A stretch of DNA of 26,627 bases. Source: a virus. Its lineage: Duplodnaviria; Caudoviricetes. Numbering within the stretch: position 1 is the stretch's first letter; every line of letters starts with the position of its first letter. The position numbers and the translations under genes were made by a program. Location: the IMG/VR virus record IMGVR_UViG_3300046779_001691, positions 1 through 26,627 of that record; one strand, 5' to 3'. Under the pieces are notes generated by a model. It was not told the origin of the DNA. It made no database searches and worked only from the letters and a program-made list of their open reading frames with translations. This document shows, one piece after another, positions 1 to 7,495 of this stretch.

Positions 1-1399
1 TATCTTGATTAATAATAAAGTTAGCTTCTTCCTGCTTGTCTCTAGGAATAGTTAGTGAATACTCTTTTCGAATTGATTCAACATCAAATAAACCTAAACC
101 ATACAATACTAAAATATGATGAAATGCACTAAACAAGTAGAATCCACTTCCTTGAAAATCTTCGGGAACAGGTAATTTATGTTTCCAAATTTCTAATTTA
201 GCAGAAAGGCTATCTGGCAATTCTACTTTATTAACGTCCTTCCAAAAATTGCTAGTATCTCTTCCGGTAATATAATGAAGTGCAATAAAATCTCGAATGT
301 TGTTTAATACATCTTCCATTGATTTATTGTAACTCTTAATAGAAGATTCTGTGTAGTTTAATAATCGTTCGGAGATCAACAAACTCTGCTGAATGCTTGT
401 ACCGATAGACGATGCCTCTAACGGCTCTACAAAGCTAGCACTAAGGCCTACCGCACAACAGTTTCCAATCCACGGGGTATCTAATGCGCCCGGATCAAAG
501 CTAAATTCTTTTGCAATTTCTACTTCCTTGCCTAGGAACATTTCTATTTCTTTATGGGCTTCGTTGACAGTTATGTAATCACTGTCGAAGATGTATCCGT
601 TACCAGATCTACCCCATACTGGAATATTAAACATCCAACCGTTTTCCATGGCTTGTGCTGTAGTCCACATAGGGATGTCTTCGGTACCGGGCTGCGGGAA
701 AACAATAGCCTTTTTCATTTTAAGATATTTAGAATAACTCTGCCACTTAGCACCTAACTTTCCTATTAGAACACGTTTCCAACCAGTCGAATCGATGTAA
801 AAATCATACGAATAAGATTGTTTCTCTCCTTTAAGGTTTTCAATAGTACCGTTGTCTTTTAAACGAACGTCAAGGATTTCGTCGTCGATTACATTAATTC
901 CTCGTTCTAAGCATTTTCTTGTAAGCCATTCGTTTAGTTTATGTGTGTTGAAGTGAAACTGCACAACAGGGCTCATATTTTCTTGTCCAACAAAGTAAGT
1001 ATTCACTCTACTATTCCATGCTTGTTCAGAGACAAGGTCTCTAGGTTCGTTAGCAATATGAGAAATTAAATGACCGTACAGATACGGGTAATGCTTGTAA
1101 TAGGTATTGTAGCTTCCGCCTATGCTCTGGAGATAATCGTGTTTACCCCAACCCTTAAACATAATGCCGCTCTTGAAAGAAGCATCGCATTCTTTGATCA
1201 TTTCTACAACATTAAGGCCTACAAAATCCATAAAGACAGACCAATGCTCTGTGCTACCTTCCCCAACTCCGATAATTCCTATCTTTTCTGACCTAACTAC
1301 TTCTACTTTCATATAGGGGAATTTAGTTTTAAGAATTAATGCAGATACAAGTCCTGCAGATCCGCCGCCAATAACACCAACTGTTTCTACGTTATTCAT
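1..1399 (-). CDS. Flavin-dependent (tryptophan halogenase family) halogenase, partial, runs off the left edge
   Basis: Manual translation of several segments from ATG 1399 (ATGA overlap with upstream stop): MNNVETVGVIGGGSAG (FAD GxGxxG), IGVGEGSTEHW, DASFKSGIMF (catalytic Lys context), GWMFNIP, SFVEPLEASSIG; same frame at the window edge. Missing from the ORF track, presumably because it has no stop in the window. Confidence 0.9.
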   Translation of the reverse strand, partial: MNNVETVGVIGGGSAGLVSALILKTKFPYMKVEVVRSEKIGIIGVGEGSTEHWSVFMDFVGLNVVEMIKECDASFKSGIMFKGWGKHDYLQSIGGSYNTYYKHYPYLYGHLISHIANEPRDLVSEQAWNSRVNTYFVGQENMSPVVQFHFNTHKLNEWLTRKCLERGINVIDDEILDVRLKDNGTIENLKGEKQSYSYDFYIDSTGWKRVLIGKLGAKWQSYSKYLKMKKAIVFPQPGTEDIPMWTTAQAMENGWMFNIPVWGRSGNGYIFDSDYITVNEAHKEIEMFLGKEVEIAKEFSFDPGALDTPWIGNCCAVGLSASFVEPLEASSIGTSIQQSLLISERLLNYTESSIKSYNKSMEDVLNNIRDFIALHYITGRDTSNFWKDVNKVELPDSLSAKLEIWKHKLPVPEDFQGSGFYLFSAFHHILVLYGLGLFDVESIRKEYSLTIPRDKQEEANFIINQD

Positions 1400-1959
1400 A
1401 ATATTTCCAATATTCGTTTATATACTTCAATGTTTCCGTCTTCGTCGTAATGATTAATTTGTCCACGATGATTCTTCCAAAGATTTTTAAAATCTATGTG
1501 ATTGTTTTCTACAACTAAATCAACTCCAAAGTCTACATGAGATATACTAATGTACGGAACTTTTATTGTTCTGTTGATTTCTTTTCGTATTAACTGGTAA
1601 ATGTCTATTTGGTATTTGTCGTCATAGTGGTAGTTGAACCAACCTTTAGCAATTTGTAAACTTCGATTAAACCAACTAGGGCGTTGAATGTCTTCGTAAA
1701 TTAAATCGCAATCTTTATGAAACCCAAATTTATGTATTGGGTGAGCGGGTGTGTGTACTCTACTTGGACTTGTATGACTAACAATTACAGCATCGAACAA
1801 ATTACAGTCTATTGATTGAATTTGTTTTAAAATTTTGTATTCACCTACGCCAGCTTGGGCAAGGTTTGTAACATCAAAGTGTCTAGATAACATCTTTGGC
1901 CAGCCATTACCGGGCCAATCTGCTGCAAAACTATCTCCAGCAATTAATATTCGTTTCAT
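1396..1959 (-). CDS. SGNH/GDSL-hydrolase-like protein
   Basis: N-terminal IAGDSF block, NLAQAGVG block and C-terminal NHYD; stop/start overlaps with both neighbours. Confidence 0.65.
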   Translation of the reverse strand: MKRILIAGDSFAADWPGNGWPKMLSRHFDVTNLAQAGVGEYKILKQIQSIDCNLFDAVIVSHTSPSRVHTPAHPIHKFGFHKDCDLIYEDIQRPSWFNRSLQIAKGWFNYHYDDKYQIDIYQLIRKEINRTIKVPYISISHVDFGVDLVVENNHIDFKNLWKNHRGQINHYDEDGNIEVYKRILEIL

Positions 1960-2576
1960 TAAATAAATTCAACCCAGGTATTTGCAATGTACTTTATTCC
2001 TTCCAACGGTGGATTTCCTCTGTGCGTATGAGTAAAAGACCCTGGACAAATCATCATAGTTCCTTGTTGTGCAGGAATGCGCCTTCCTTGGTATAAGAAC
2101 TCTGTCTCCCCGCCAGCAGCAACATCGTTTAGATATAAAATAACTAAAAGTGCTCTAGTGCTTGTAGACACAGATCCTTGCTCACAATGCCAAACATGGT
2201 ATCCTTCGCCTGGCTGAGTTTTTTGTAGTTTAATTTTTCCTGTAAACCCTAGTTTACCTACAGATTCTAAAACACCGTACTTGTCTTGGTATAGAGAAAA
2301 ACACCTCCAAAACGCATCTTTAAACTCTATTGCAAACTGATGATCTAAATCAGAAATAATTGCATCTTCGTTAGATCGAGTATGATGCGTATTACTAAGA
2401 AAATAGCTATCAGTATCTTTGTCGATGTATCTAACCCCTTCGGCAAGTTGTCTGGATTGACTCCACCCTAAGCTAGCTACATACTCAAAATGTTCTACAA
2501 ACTTATTGCAAGTTTCCGCAGAAACTGCATTCGGAAAAACACCTATAAAGTCTTTGATTTCTGGAGTAAAGTTCAT
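1959..2576 (-). CDS. 2OG-Fe(II) oxygenase (prolyl-4-hydroxylase-like)
   Basis: YHVWHCE (HxE), ILYLND, GGETEF, THTHRGNPP (distal His), KY: typical phage 2OG-Fe(II) oxygenase motifs. Confidence 0.9.
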   Translation of the reverse strand: MNFTPEIKDFIGVFPNAVSAETCNKFVEHFEYVASLGWSQSRQLAEGVRYIDKDTDSYFLSNTHHTRSNEDAIISDLDHQFAIEFKDAFWRCFSLYQDKYGVLESVGKLGFTGKIKLQKTQPGEGYHVWHCEQGSVSTSTRALLVILYLNDVAAGGETEFLYQGRRIPAQQGTMMICPGSFTHTHRGNPPLEGIKYIANTWVEFI

Positions 2577-2643
2577 ATTTTCTTGTATTTTTTAACCTGT
2601 ACTGTAATTATCCTAATTCTAAGCGTGGTTAATTAAAGCTGAT

Positions 2644-2651
2644 TATAAATA
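2644..2651 (+). promoter_or_regulatory. T4-type late promoter TATAAATA
   Basis: Exact T4 gp55 consensus in the intergenic region upstream of the ORF at 2686; SD AAGGAG at 2675-2680. Confidence 0.7.
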
Positions 2652-2685
2652 CACTATACATTTTTTTTGTTCCAAAGGAGAAAAA

Positions 2686-2868
2686 ATGCCTGAACTAAAA
2701 CTACAAACTTATACTGACTACCCAAAAGAAAGGGCAGATGCTCTTCATTCTAACGACGAAATGGTATGCTTTTTCTGCAAGAAGCCAGCCGGCGAAATCA
2801 AGGACACGTTAGAAGGCCACGATCCATCGTGCGTTTGGAGAAAGAAGAAAGAAGCCGCTCAAGGCTAA
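2686..2868 (+). CDS. Small hypothetical protein with CxxC-x13-H-x3-C putative zinc finger
   Basis: Strong SD AAGGAG 5 nt upstream; CFFC...HDPSC; basic C-terminus. Confidence 0.7.
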   Translation: MPELKLQTYTDYPKERADALHSNDEMVCFFCKKPAGEIKDTLEGHDPSCVWRKKKEAAQG

Positions 2869-2876
2869 TCAGTCAC

Positions 2877-2940
2877 AACCTTTAGTTAACTGCTTGTGGT
2901 CAAGATATATAATTGACCATGAGCAGTCAATTAAACGGTT
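2877..2940 (+). promoter_or_regulatory. Long RNA hairpin (26 bp) covering the cupin start codon, with a late-promoter-like loop
   Basis: AACC-TTTAGTT-a-ACTGCTTGTGGTCAA / loop GATATATAA / TTGACCATGAGCAGT-c-AATTAAA-c-GGTT; 3 G-U pairs, one mismatch, one bulge. Confidence 0.7.
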
Positions 2941-3287
2941 ATGTAAAAAAAGGGTGGGGCCACGAATTAATTTGGTCCACTAACGAAAAATATTGTGGAA
3001 AATTGTTAGTCTTTGAAAAGACTGGTTCAAAATTTTCCATGCACTTCCATAAAGAAAAAGATGAAACTTGGTTTGTTAGCCAGGGTACGTTTCTCTTACG
3101 ATGGATAGATACAACTACAGCTAAAATTAACGAGCAGGTGCTAAACACCGGAGATACATGGAGAAACATGCCCCATGTTCCGCATCAGTTAGAAGCACTA
3201 GAAGCTGGATCAACAATAATCGAAGTAAGTACTCCTGATTCTGTAGAAGATAACTTTAGAATCTTTCCAGGAGATAGTCAACAATGA
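2919..3287 (+). CDS. Cupin-domain protein (mannose-6-phosphate-isomerase-like sugar isomerase)
   Basis: KKGWGHE, SMHFHKEKDETW, PHQLEA, IIEVST cupin motifs; ATG 2919 preferred, in-frame TTG at 2913 is the alternative; ATGA overlap with next gene. Confidence 0.75.
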   Translation: MSSQLNGYVKKGWGHELIWSTNEKYCGKLLVFEKTGSKFSMHFHKEKDETWFVSQGTFLLRWIDTTTAKINEQVLNTGDTWRNMPHVPHQLEALEAGSTIIEVSTPDSVEDNFRIFPGDSQQ

Positions 3288-3688
3288 CCAAAGTAGTAGT
3301 TAACGGGTCATTCGATATACTACATCTTGGGCATTTAAAATTATTAGATCATGCAAGATCCTATCCTAATTCTTATGTGTTAGTGTTAACTGACACTGAT
3401 CGAAGAATCAAAGAACTTAAAGGCCCTACTAGGCCCGTACATAACGAATACGAACGATGCAGTTTTTTATTTGCACTCAAAACTGTTGATCGAGTAGAAA
3501 CTTTTGATTCAGACGAAGAATTAGATTCGTTAATTAAAGAATTTCAGCCAGATGTAATGGTTAAGGGTAGCGACTACAAAGATAAACCAATCATAGGTGC
3601 AGAACATTGCAAGAAGATAGTATTTTATGACAGACTTGAACAATACTCAACTACTAAAAAAATTCAAGATATTGTTAATCGGGGATGA
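3284..3688 (+). CDS. hldC: D-glycero-beta-D-manno-heptose-1-phosphate adenylyltransferase (RfaE domain II, cytidylyltransferase family)
   Basis: NGSFDILHLGH (HxGH), LKGPTRP, VMVKGSDY, YSTT; adjacent to RfaE domain I and HldD. Confidence 0.8.
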   Translation: MTKVVVNGSFDILHLGHLKLLDHARSYPNSYVLVLTDTDRRIKELKGPTRPVHNEYERCSFLFALKTVDRVETFDSDEELDSLIKEFQPDVMVKGSDYKDKPIIGAEHCKKIVFYDRLEQYSTTKKIQDIVNRG

Positions 3689-4391
3689 TTGCCTGGACAC
3701 ATACACTTATGGATTTGTTAATCGTATAAGTCCAGAGGCTCCGGTACCTATATTTGAACCACACAGCTCTGTTACTAAAGAAGGTATGGCTGGAAATGTA
3801 AAAAATAACCTGGAGGCACTGGGCTGTGAAGTGCATTATCTACACGGTGACACAAGTGAAAAAGAAAGACTAATTGACGATCGTAGTAAACAACAACTTC
3901 TTCGCATTGACAAAGATAAGACTAGCGTTCCTATTTTAATTGACAGCGAACTTCCTAAAATTTATGATGCTATTGTAATAAGTGATTATAATAAAGGAAC
4001 AGTAACATACGATCTAGTAAAACATTTAAGAAAAGATTTTAACGGTCCTATTTTTATAGATACAAAGAAAACAGACCTAAGCCAGTTTGAAGGTTGTTTT
4101 GTTAAAATTAATCAATTAGAAAGATCGAGAGCAACTACTGTGCCTAGTAACCAATGGTTAATCGTTACGCACGGGGAAAAAGGAACGGTGTGGAATGGAC
4201 AAGAAATTCCTACAGAAACTGTACAGGTAGCAGATGTTACTGGAGCAGGAGATACATTTTTAGCATCACTGGCTTTTAAGTATTTAGAAACTAAGGAAAT
4301 ACAGAAGTCTATTCAATACGCTAATAGAGCAGCAGGCATTACGGTGCAGCATATTGGAGTTTATGCGCCAACAAAAACGGAGATAGCATGA
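3627..4391 (+). CDS. hldA: D-glycero-beta-D-manno-heptose-7-phosphate kinase (RfaE domain I, PfkB family)
   Basis: LIGDDCLD, RISPEAPVP, GMAGNV, ISDYNKG, DVTGAGDTF. Start uncertain because of a 62-nt overlap with hldC. Confidence 0.88.
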   Translation: MTDLNNTQLLKKFKILLIGDDCLDTYTYGFVNRISPEAPVPIFEPHSSVTKEGMAGNVKNNLEALGCEVHYLHGDTSEKERLIDDRSKQQLLRIDKDKTSVPILIDSELPKIYDAIVISDYNKGTVTYDLVKHLRKDFNGPIFIDTKKTDLSQFEGCFVKINQLERSRATTVPSNQWLIVTHGEKGTVWNGQEIPTETVQVADVTGAGDTFLASLAFKYLETKEIQKSIQYANRAAGITVQHIGVYAPTKTEIA

Positions 4392-5254
4392 TTGTAGTTA
4401 CTGGGGCAGCTGGATTTATAGGCAGCATAATTGTTGGGTATCTTAACAAACAAGGAATTTCTAATATTGTATTAGTAGACGAATTTAAAATTCCTGACCA
4501 ATATAAAAACTTAGTTAATAAACAGTACAAGGCCATATGCTCTAAAATTAACGACCTGCCAAATGACCGCGTTGACGCAGTTATACACTTTGGTGCAAAC
4601 GCAAGCACCTTAGAACAAGACTGGAGTTCTTTGTATGAAACAAATGTTAGATCTACAAGGCAATGGGCTGAATTTGCTAAAGAGCATAATGCAAAATTTA
4701 TATTTGCTAGTAGCGCAGCAGTGTATGGAAACGGTTCAGGTCCTTTAAATCTATACGGATTTTCTAAACTAGCAAGTGAAAAAGAATTAGCAGATGCTGT
4801 AGTCCTTAGGCTGTTTAATGTTTACGGACCTAACGAATATCACAAAGGAAGGATGGCTTCTACAGCCTACCATTGGTATAATCAAATAGTAGATACCGGT
4901 AATTTAAAAATATTTGAAAATAGTAATACTTTCCATCGAGATTTTGTTTGGGTTGAAGATGTAGCTAAAGTTGTTGGGTTCTTTTTAAACAGTTACAAAC
5001 CGGGAACATACGATGTAGGGTCCGGAATTAGTACCAGTTTTAACTATGTTGCAGACTGTTTGCTTGGCGTTGTAGGAACTGGATCTAAGGAAATCATACC
5101 TATGCCCGATGACTTAAAACGCCAATACCAAACAAATACTATAGCTGACCTATCTAACTTGGACAAGGCTGGTTTTCCTGTAACTGATCTACGTACAATC
5201 GACGATGGTTTAAAAATCTATGCGGAATACCTAAAAAACCGTACTTACTACTAA
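4388..5254 (+). CDS. hldD: ADP-L-glycero-D-manno-heptose 6-epimerase
   Basis: MIVVTGAAGFIGS, ASSAAVYG, PLNLYGFSK (YxxxK), RLFNVYGPNEYHKGRMAS (RfaD signature), RDFVWVEDV. Confidence 0.92.
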   Translation: MIVVTGAAGFIGSIIVGYLNKQGISNIVLVDEFKIPDQYKNLVNKQYKAICSKINDLPNDRVDAVIHFGANASTLEQDWSSLYETNVRSTRQWAEFAKEHNAKFIFASSAAVYGNGSGPLNLYGFSKLASEKELADAVVLRLFNVYGPNEYHKGRMASTAYHWYNQIVDTGNLKIFENSNTFHRDFVWVEDVAKVVGFFLNSYKPGTYDVGSGISTSFNYVADCLLGVVGTGSKEIIPMPDDLKRQYQTNTIADLSNLDKAGFPVTDLRTIDDGLKIYAEYLKNRTYY

Positions 5255-5267
5255 AAATTAAACTGGA

Positions 5268-5273
5268 TAAATA
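5268..5273 (+). promoter_or_regulatory. Putative late promoter core TAAATA
   Basis: gaTAAATA in the intergenic region upstream of the fibre gene cluster. Confidence 0.55.
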
Positions 5274-5296
5274 CTGCATATAATTAGAAGCAGAAC

Positions 5297-6361
5297 ATGT
5301 CCAATATTCCACTAGCAAACCTGCGTTTAGTCGGCAGAAATACAGACTTTTTAGATCGTAAAATAGGCCAAAGAGGCGAAATTTTCTACGACCAGCAAAA
5401 GCACGAATTAAGATTGTTTGACGGTGACGTTACAGGCGGTGTTTCGATTGCTAGAAGCGACCAGACTGTAGCTCTCGACTTGTCAAATATTGATGATCAA
5501 GTTTTTAAAGATAAAGCAACTCAAGCAGGAATTGTAGGCGGAGCATCAATAGATACTGAGCCTCCTGCAGAGCCTCAATTCGGACAATTGTGGTTCGATA
5601 CTGACAACGGTATTCTGTACGTTTACTATAACGATGGTACTTCTGATCAATGGGTACAACCAGCGACTATACAGTACGGTGGCGGAATTGGCGGAGCAGG
5701 CGGATCTGTTGCTTTAGATAATCTTACTGATGTAACAGTTTCAAGTCCAACTAGCGGACAAGTATTAAAGTATAACGGTACCGCCTGGGTTAATGGAACA
5801 GACAATGCAGGTGCAGGTGGGTCTTCTAGTCTTATTGACTTAACAGACGTGTCAGTTTCAAATCCATCTACCGGACAGGTACTAAAGTATAACGGTACTG
5901 CATGGGTCAATGGCGCAGACGATGCTGGAAGTTCAGGTGTTACTGAATTTGGTTTATTAGATGAAGTTTCTACATCATCATTAAGTTTTGACAAAATATA
6001 CTTACCAGCAATTACAATGCTAACAGTTTCAAGTCAAGGATCGACTGCATATCTGTTTGATCAGTACTCAGGAAACAACCCAACAATCTACGCTATTACA
6101 GGAACAACGATAGCATTTAATCTCACAGCCGCCGGACATCCTTTCCAGATACAGGATCCAGCGGGAACCAACTATAATACTGGACTAATTCACGTATCAG
6201 CTGATGGCGTTGTTAGTACAGGAGTAAATGCACAAGGTAAAACTTCAGGAACACTTTACTGGAAGATCCCGTCAACATCTAGCGGAAATTATAGATACCA
6301 ATGTGCAAGCCATGTAGCTATGGTAGGATCAATTGTAGTTAAGAACTTTGTTTCTGTATAA
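5297..6361 (+). CDS. Virion fibre/appendage protein with Mtd-N-like N-terminus, internal repeats and C-terminal cupredoxin-like domain
   Basis: GQRGEIFYD...LRLFDGDVTGG (Mtd N-terminal-like), PPAEPQFGQLWFDT module, two LTDV...GQVLKYNGTAWVNG repeats, C-terminal GHPF...YQCASHVAMVG. Confidence 0.7.
   Translation: MSNIPLANLRLVGRNTDFLDRKIGQRGEIFYDQQKHELRLFDGDVTGGVSIARSDQTVALDLSNIDDQVFKDKATQAGIVGGASIDTEPPAEPQFGQLWFDTDNGILYVYYNDGTSDQWVQPATIQYGGGIGGAGGSVALDNLTDVTVSSPTSGQVLKYNGTAWVNGTDNAGAGGSSSLIDLTDVSVSNPSTGQVLKYNGTAWVNGADDAGSSGVTEFGLLDEVSTSSLSFDKIYLPAITMLTVSSQGSTAYLFDQYSGNNPTIYAITGTTIAFNLTAAGHPFQIQDPAGTNYNTGLIHVSADGVVSTGVNAQGKTSGTLYWKIPSTSSGNYRYQCASHVAMVGSIVVKNFVSV
5723..5929 (+). repeat. Intragenic tandem duplication, 117-nt (39-aa) period
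   Basis: LTDVTVSSPTSGQVLKYNGTAWVNGTDNAG at 5723 and LTDVSVSNPSTGQVLKYNGTAWVNGADDAG at 5840. Confidence 0.85.
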
Positions 6362-6376
6362 GTTAAATATTAAATT

Positions 6377-7486
6377 ATGGCAATCAATTTTCCAAGTAAC
6401 CCAACACTAAATCAACAGATAACTGTAGGTGCAAACACCTGGCAGTTTAATGGAACAGCTTGGACAATTGTTCCTGCAACCACATTAAGTCTTAACACAC
6501 TATCTAGTACAGACATTAATGTTACAAACCTAACAGTCACAGGAACTGTCACTGGGATACAACAAACATTCTCGTTAGGAGAGTTAACCGATGTTAATTT
6601 AACAACAGCTCCGACCAACGATCAAGTTTTAAAATTTGACCTAACATCGGGCAAATGGATTCCGGGAACTGTTGTTAGCGGCGGCGGATCGTTTAACGGC
6701 GGTACTGTAACTAATCCAATTATCGTTAACAACACTACTAATGCAACTAGTACCTCGTCTGGAGCATTAAGAACTACTGGCGGTTTAGCTGTTACTAAAG
6801 ACATCTTCACCGAAGGAAATATTGTTATTAACAACTCCACTGGTGATCAGTTATTAGAAGTAAAAACGCGAGGCGAGATTAGATTTTATAATAGCGCCAA
6901 CTCTGCATATGTTGGATTAAAGGCTCCCGGTACTATTGCTAGCTCTAGAACATATTTGCTACCAAGTCAGGACGGTACATCTGGTCAATTATTAAGAACC
7001 AACGGCTCGGGCGTGTTAAGCTGGGTATCGGTTATCACCCCAGAGGGCGGATTAGCTGCTGCTGGACAAAATACACAAGTTCAGTTTAACGACAATTCTT
7101 CTTTTAACGGTGATGCAACATTTACCTTTGACAGCATTGCAAGTTTATTATCCGTTCCTAAACTAACTGCAACAGGTGTAGTTACAGTTTCAGATACTAC
7201 TGAATCAACGACTACAACAACTGGTTCTGTAAAAATTGCAGGCGGTGTTGGAATTGAAAAACAATTAACAGTCGGCGGAACAACAAGTAAATTTACAGGA
7301 AATACAGCAGCTTCTTCTACAGTTACAGGAACTATAGTTGTAACTGGTGGCATGGGAATTTCAGGCGCTGTACATGTGGGATCAAACGTAGTGTCATCCG
7401 CACTGCCCACAGAAAAAGAACATCTTACAAACAGACAATACGTCGATGCAAACGTTTTAGCATTCTCGGTAGCATTCGGAGCTTAA
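6377..7486 (+). CDS. Ser/Thr/Gly-rich tail-fibre-like virion protein
   Basis: MAINFPSNP N-terminal module, LTDV...QVLKF repeat, three STxTGxxxxxGGxGI-type shaft repeats, DGTSGQLLRTNGSGVLSW, NRQYVD; TAAATA 7 nt upstream. Confidence 0.7.
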   Translation: MAINFPSNPTLNQQITVGANTWQFNGTAWTIVPATTLSLNTLSSTDINVTNLTVTGTVTGIQQTFSLGELTDVNLTTAPTNDQVLKFDLTSGKWIPGTVVSGGGSFNGGTVTNPIIVNNTTNATSTSSGALRTTGGLAVTKDIFTEGNIVINNSTGDQLLEVKTRGEIRFYNSANSAYVGLKAPGTIASSRTYLLPSQDGTSGQLLRTNGSGVLSWVSVITPEGGLAAAGQNTQVQFNDNSSFNGDATFTFDSIASLLSVPKLTATGVVTVSDTTESTTTTTGSVKIAGGVGIEKQLTVGGTTSKFTGNTAASSTVTGTIVVTGGMGISGAVHVGSNVVSSALPTEKEHLTNRQYVDANVLAFSVAFGA

Positions 7487-7495
7487 GGAAAGAAA

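Noticed and set aside
393-1291. Three short plus-strand ORFs (393-578, 554-757, 1070-1291)
   Set aside because: They are antisense to the halogenase, which has clear family motifs on the minus strand.
2663-2686. Weak hairpin pairing the T8 tract and TTCC with GGAG-A6 over the SD of the 60-aa ORF
   Set aside because: Only two G-C pairs, a 3-nt loop and a bulge; likely unstable and plausible by chance.
2919-5254. Reading the hld genes as a bacterial LPS locus or prophage boundary
   Set aside because: Genes are compact, similar in composition to the flanking phage genes and bracketed by phage late-type motifs; no integrase, att site or host housekeeping gene is visible.
5297-6361. Diversity-generating retroelement suggested by the Mtd-like N-terminus and the 117-nt duplication
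   Set aside because: No reverse transcriptase or non-coding template repeat in the window; the two copies differ largely at synonymous positions, not specifically at adenines.
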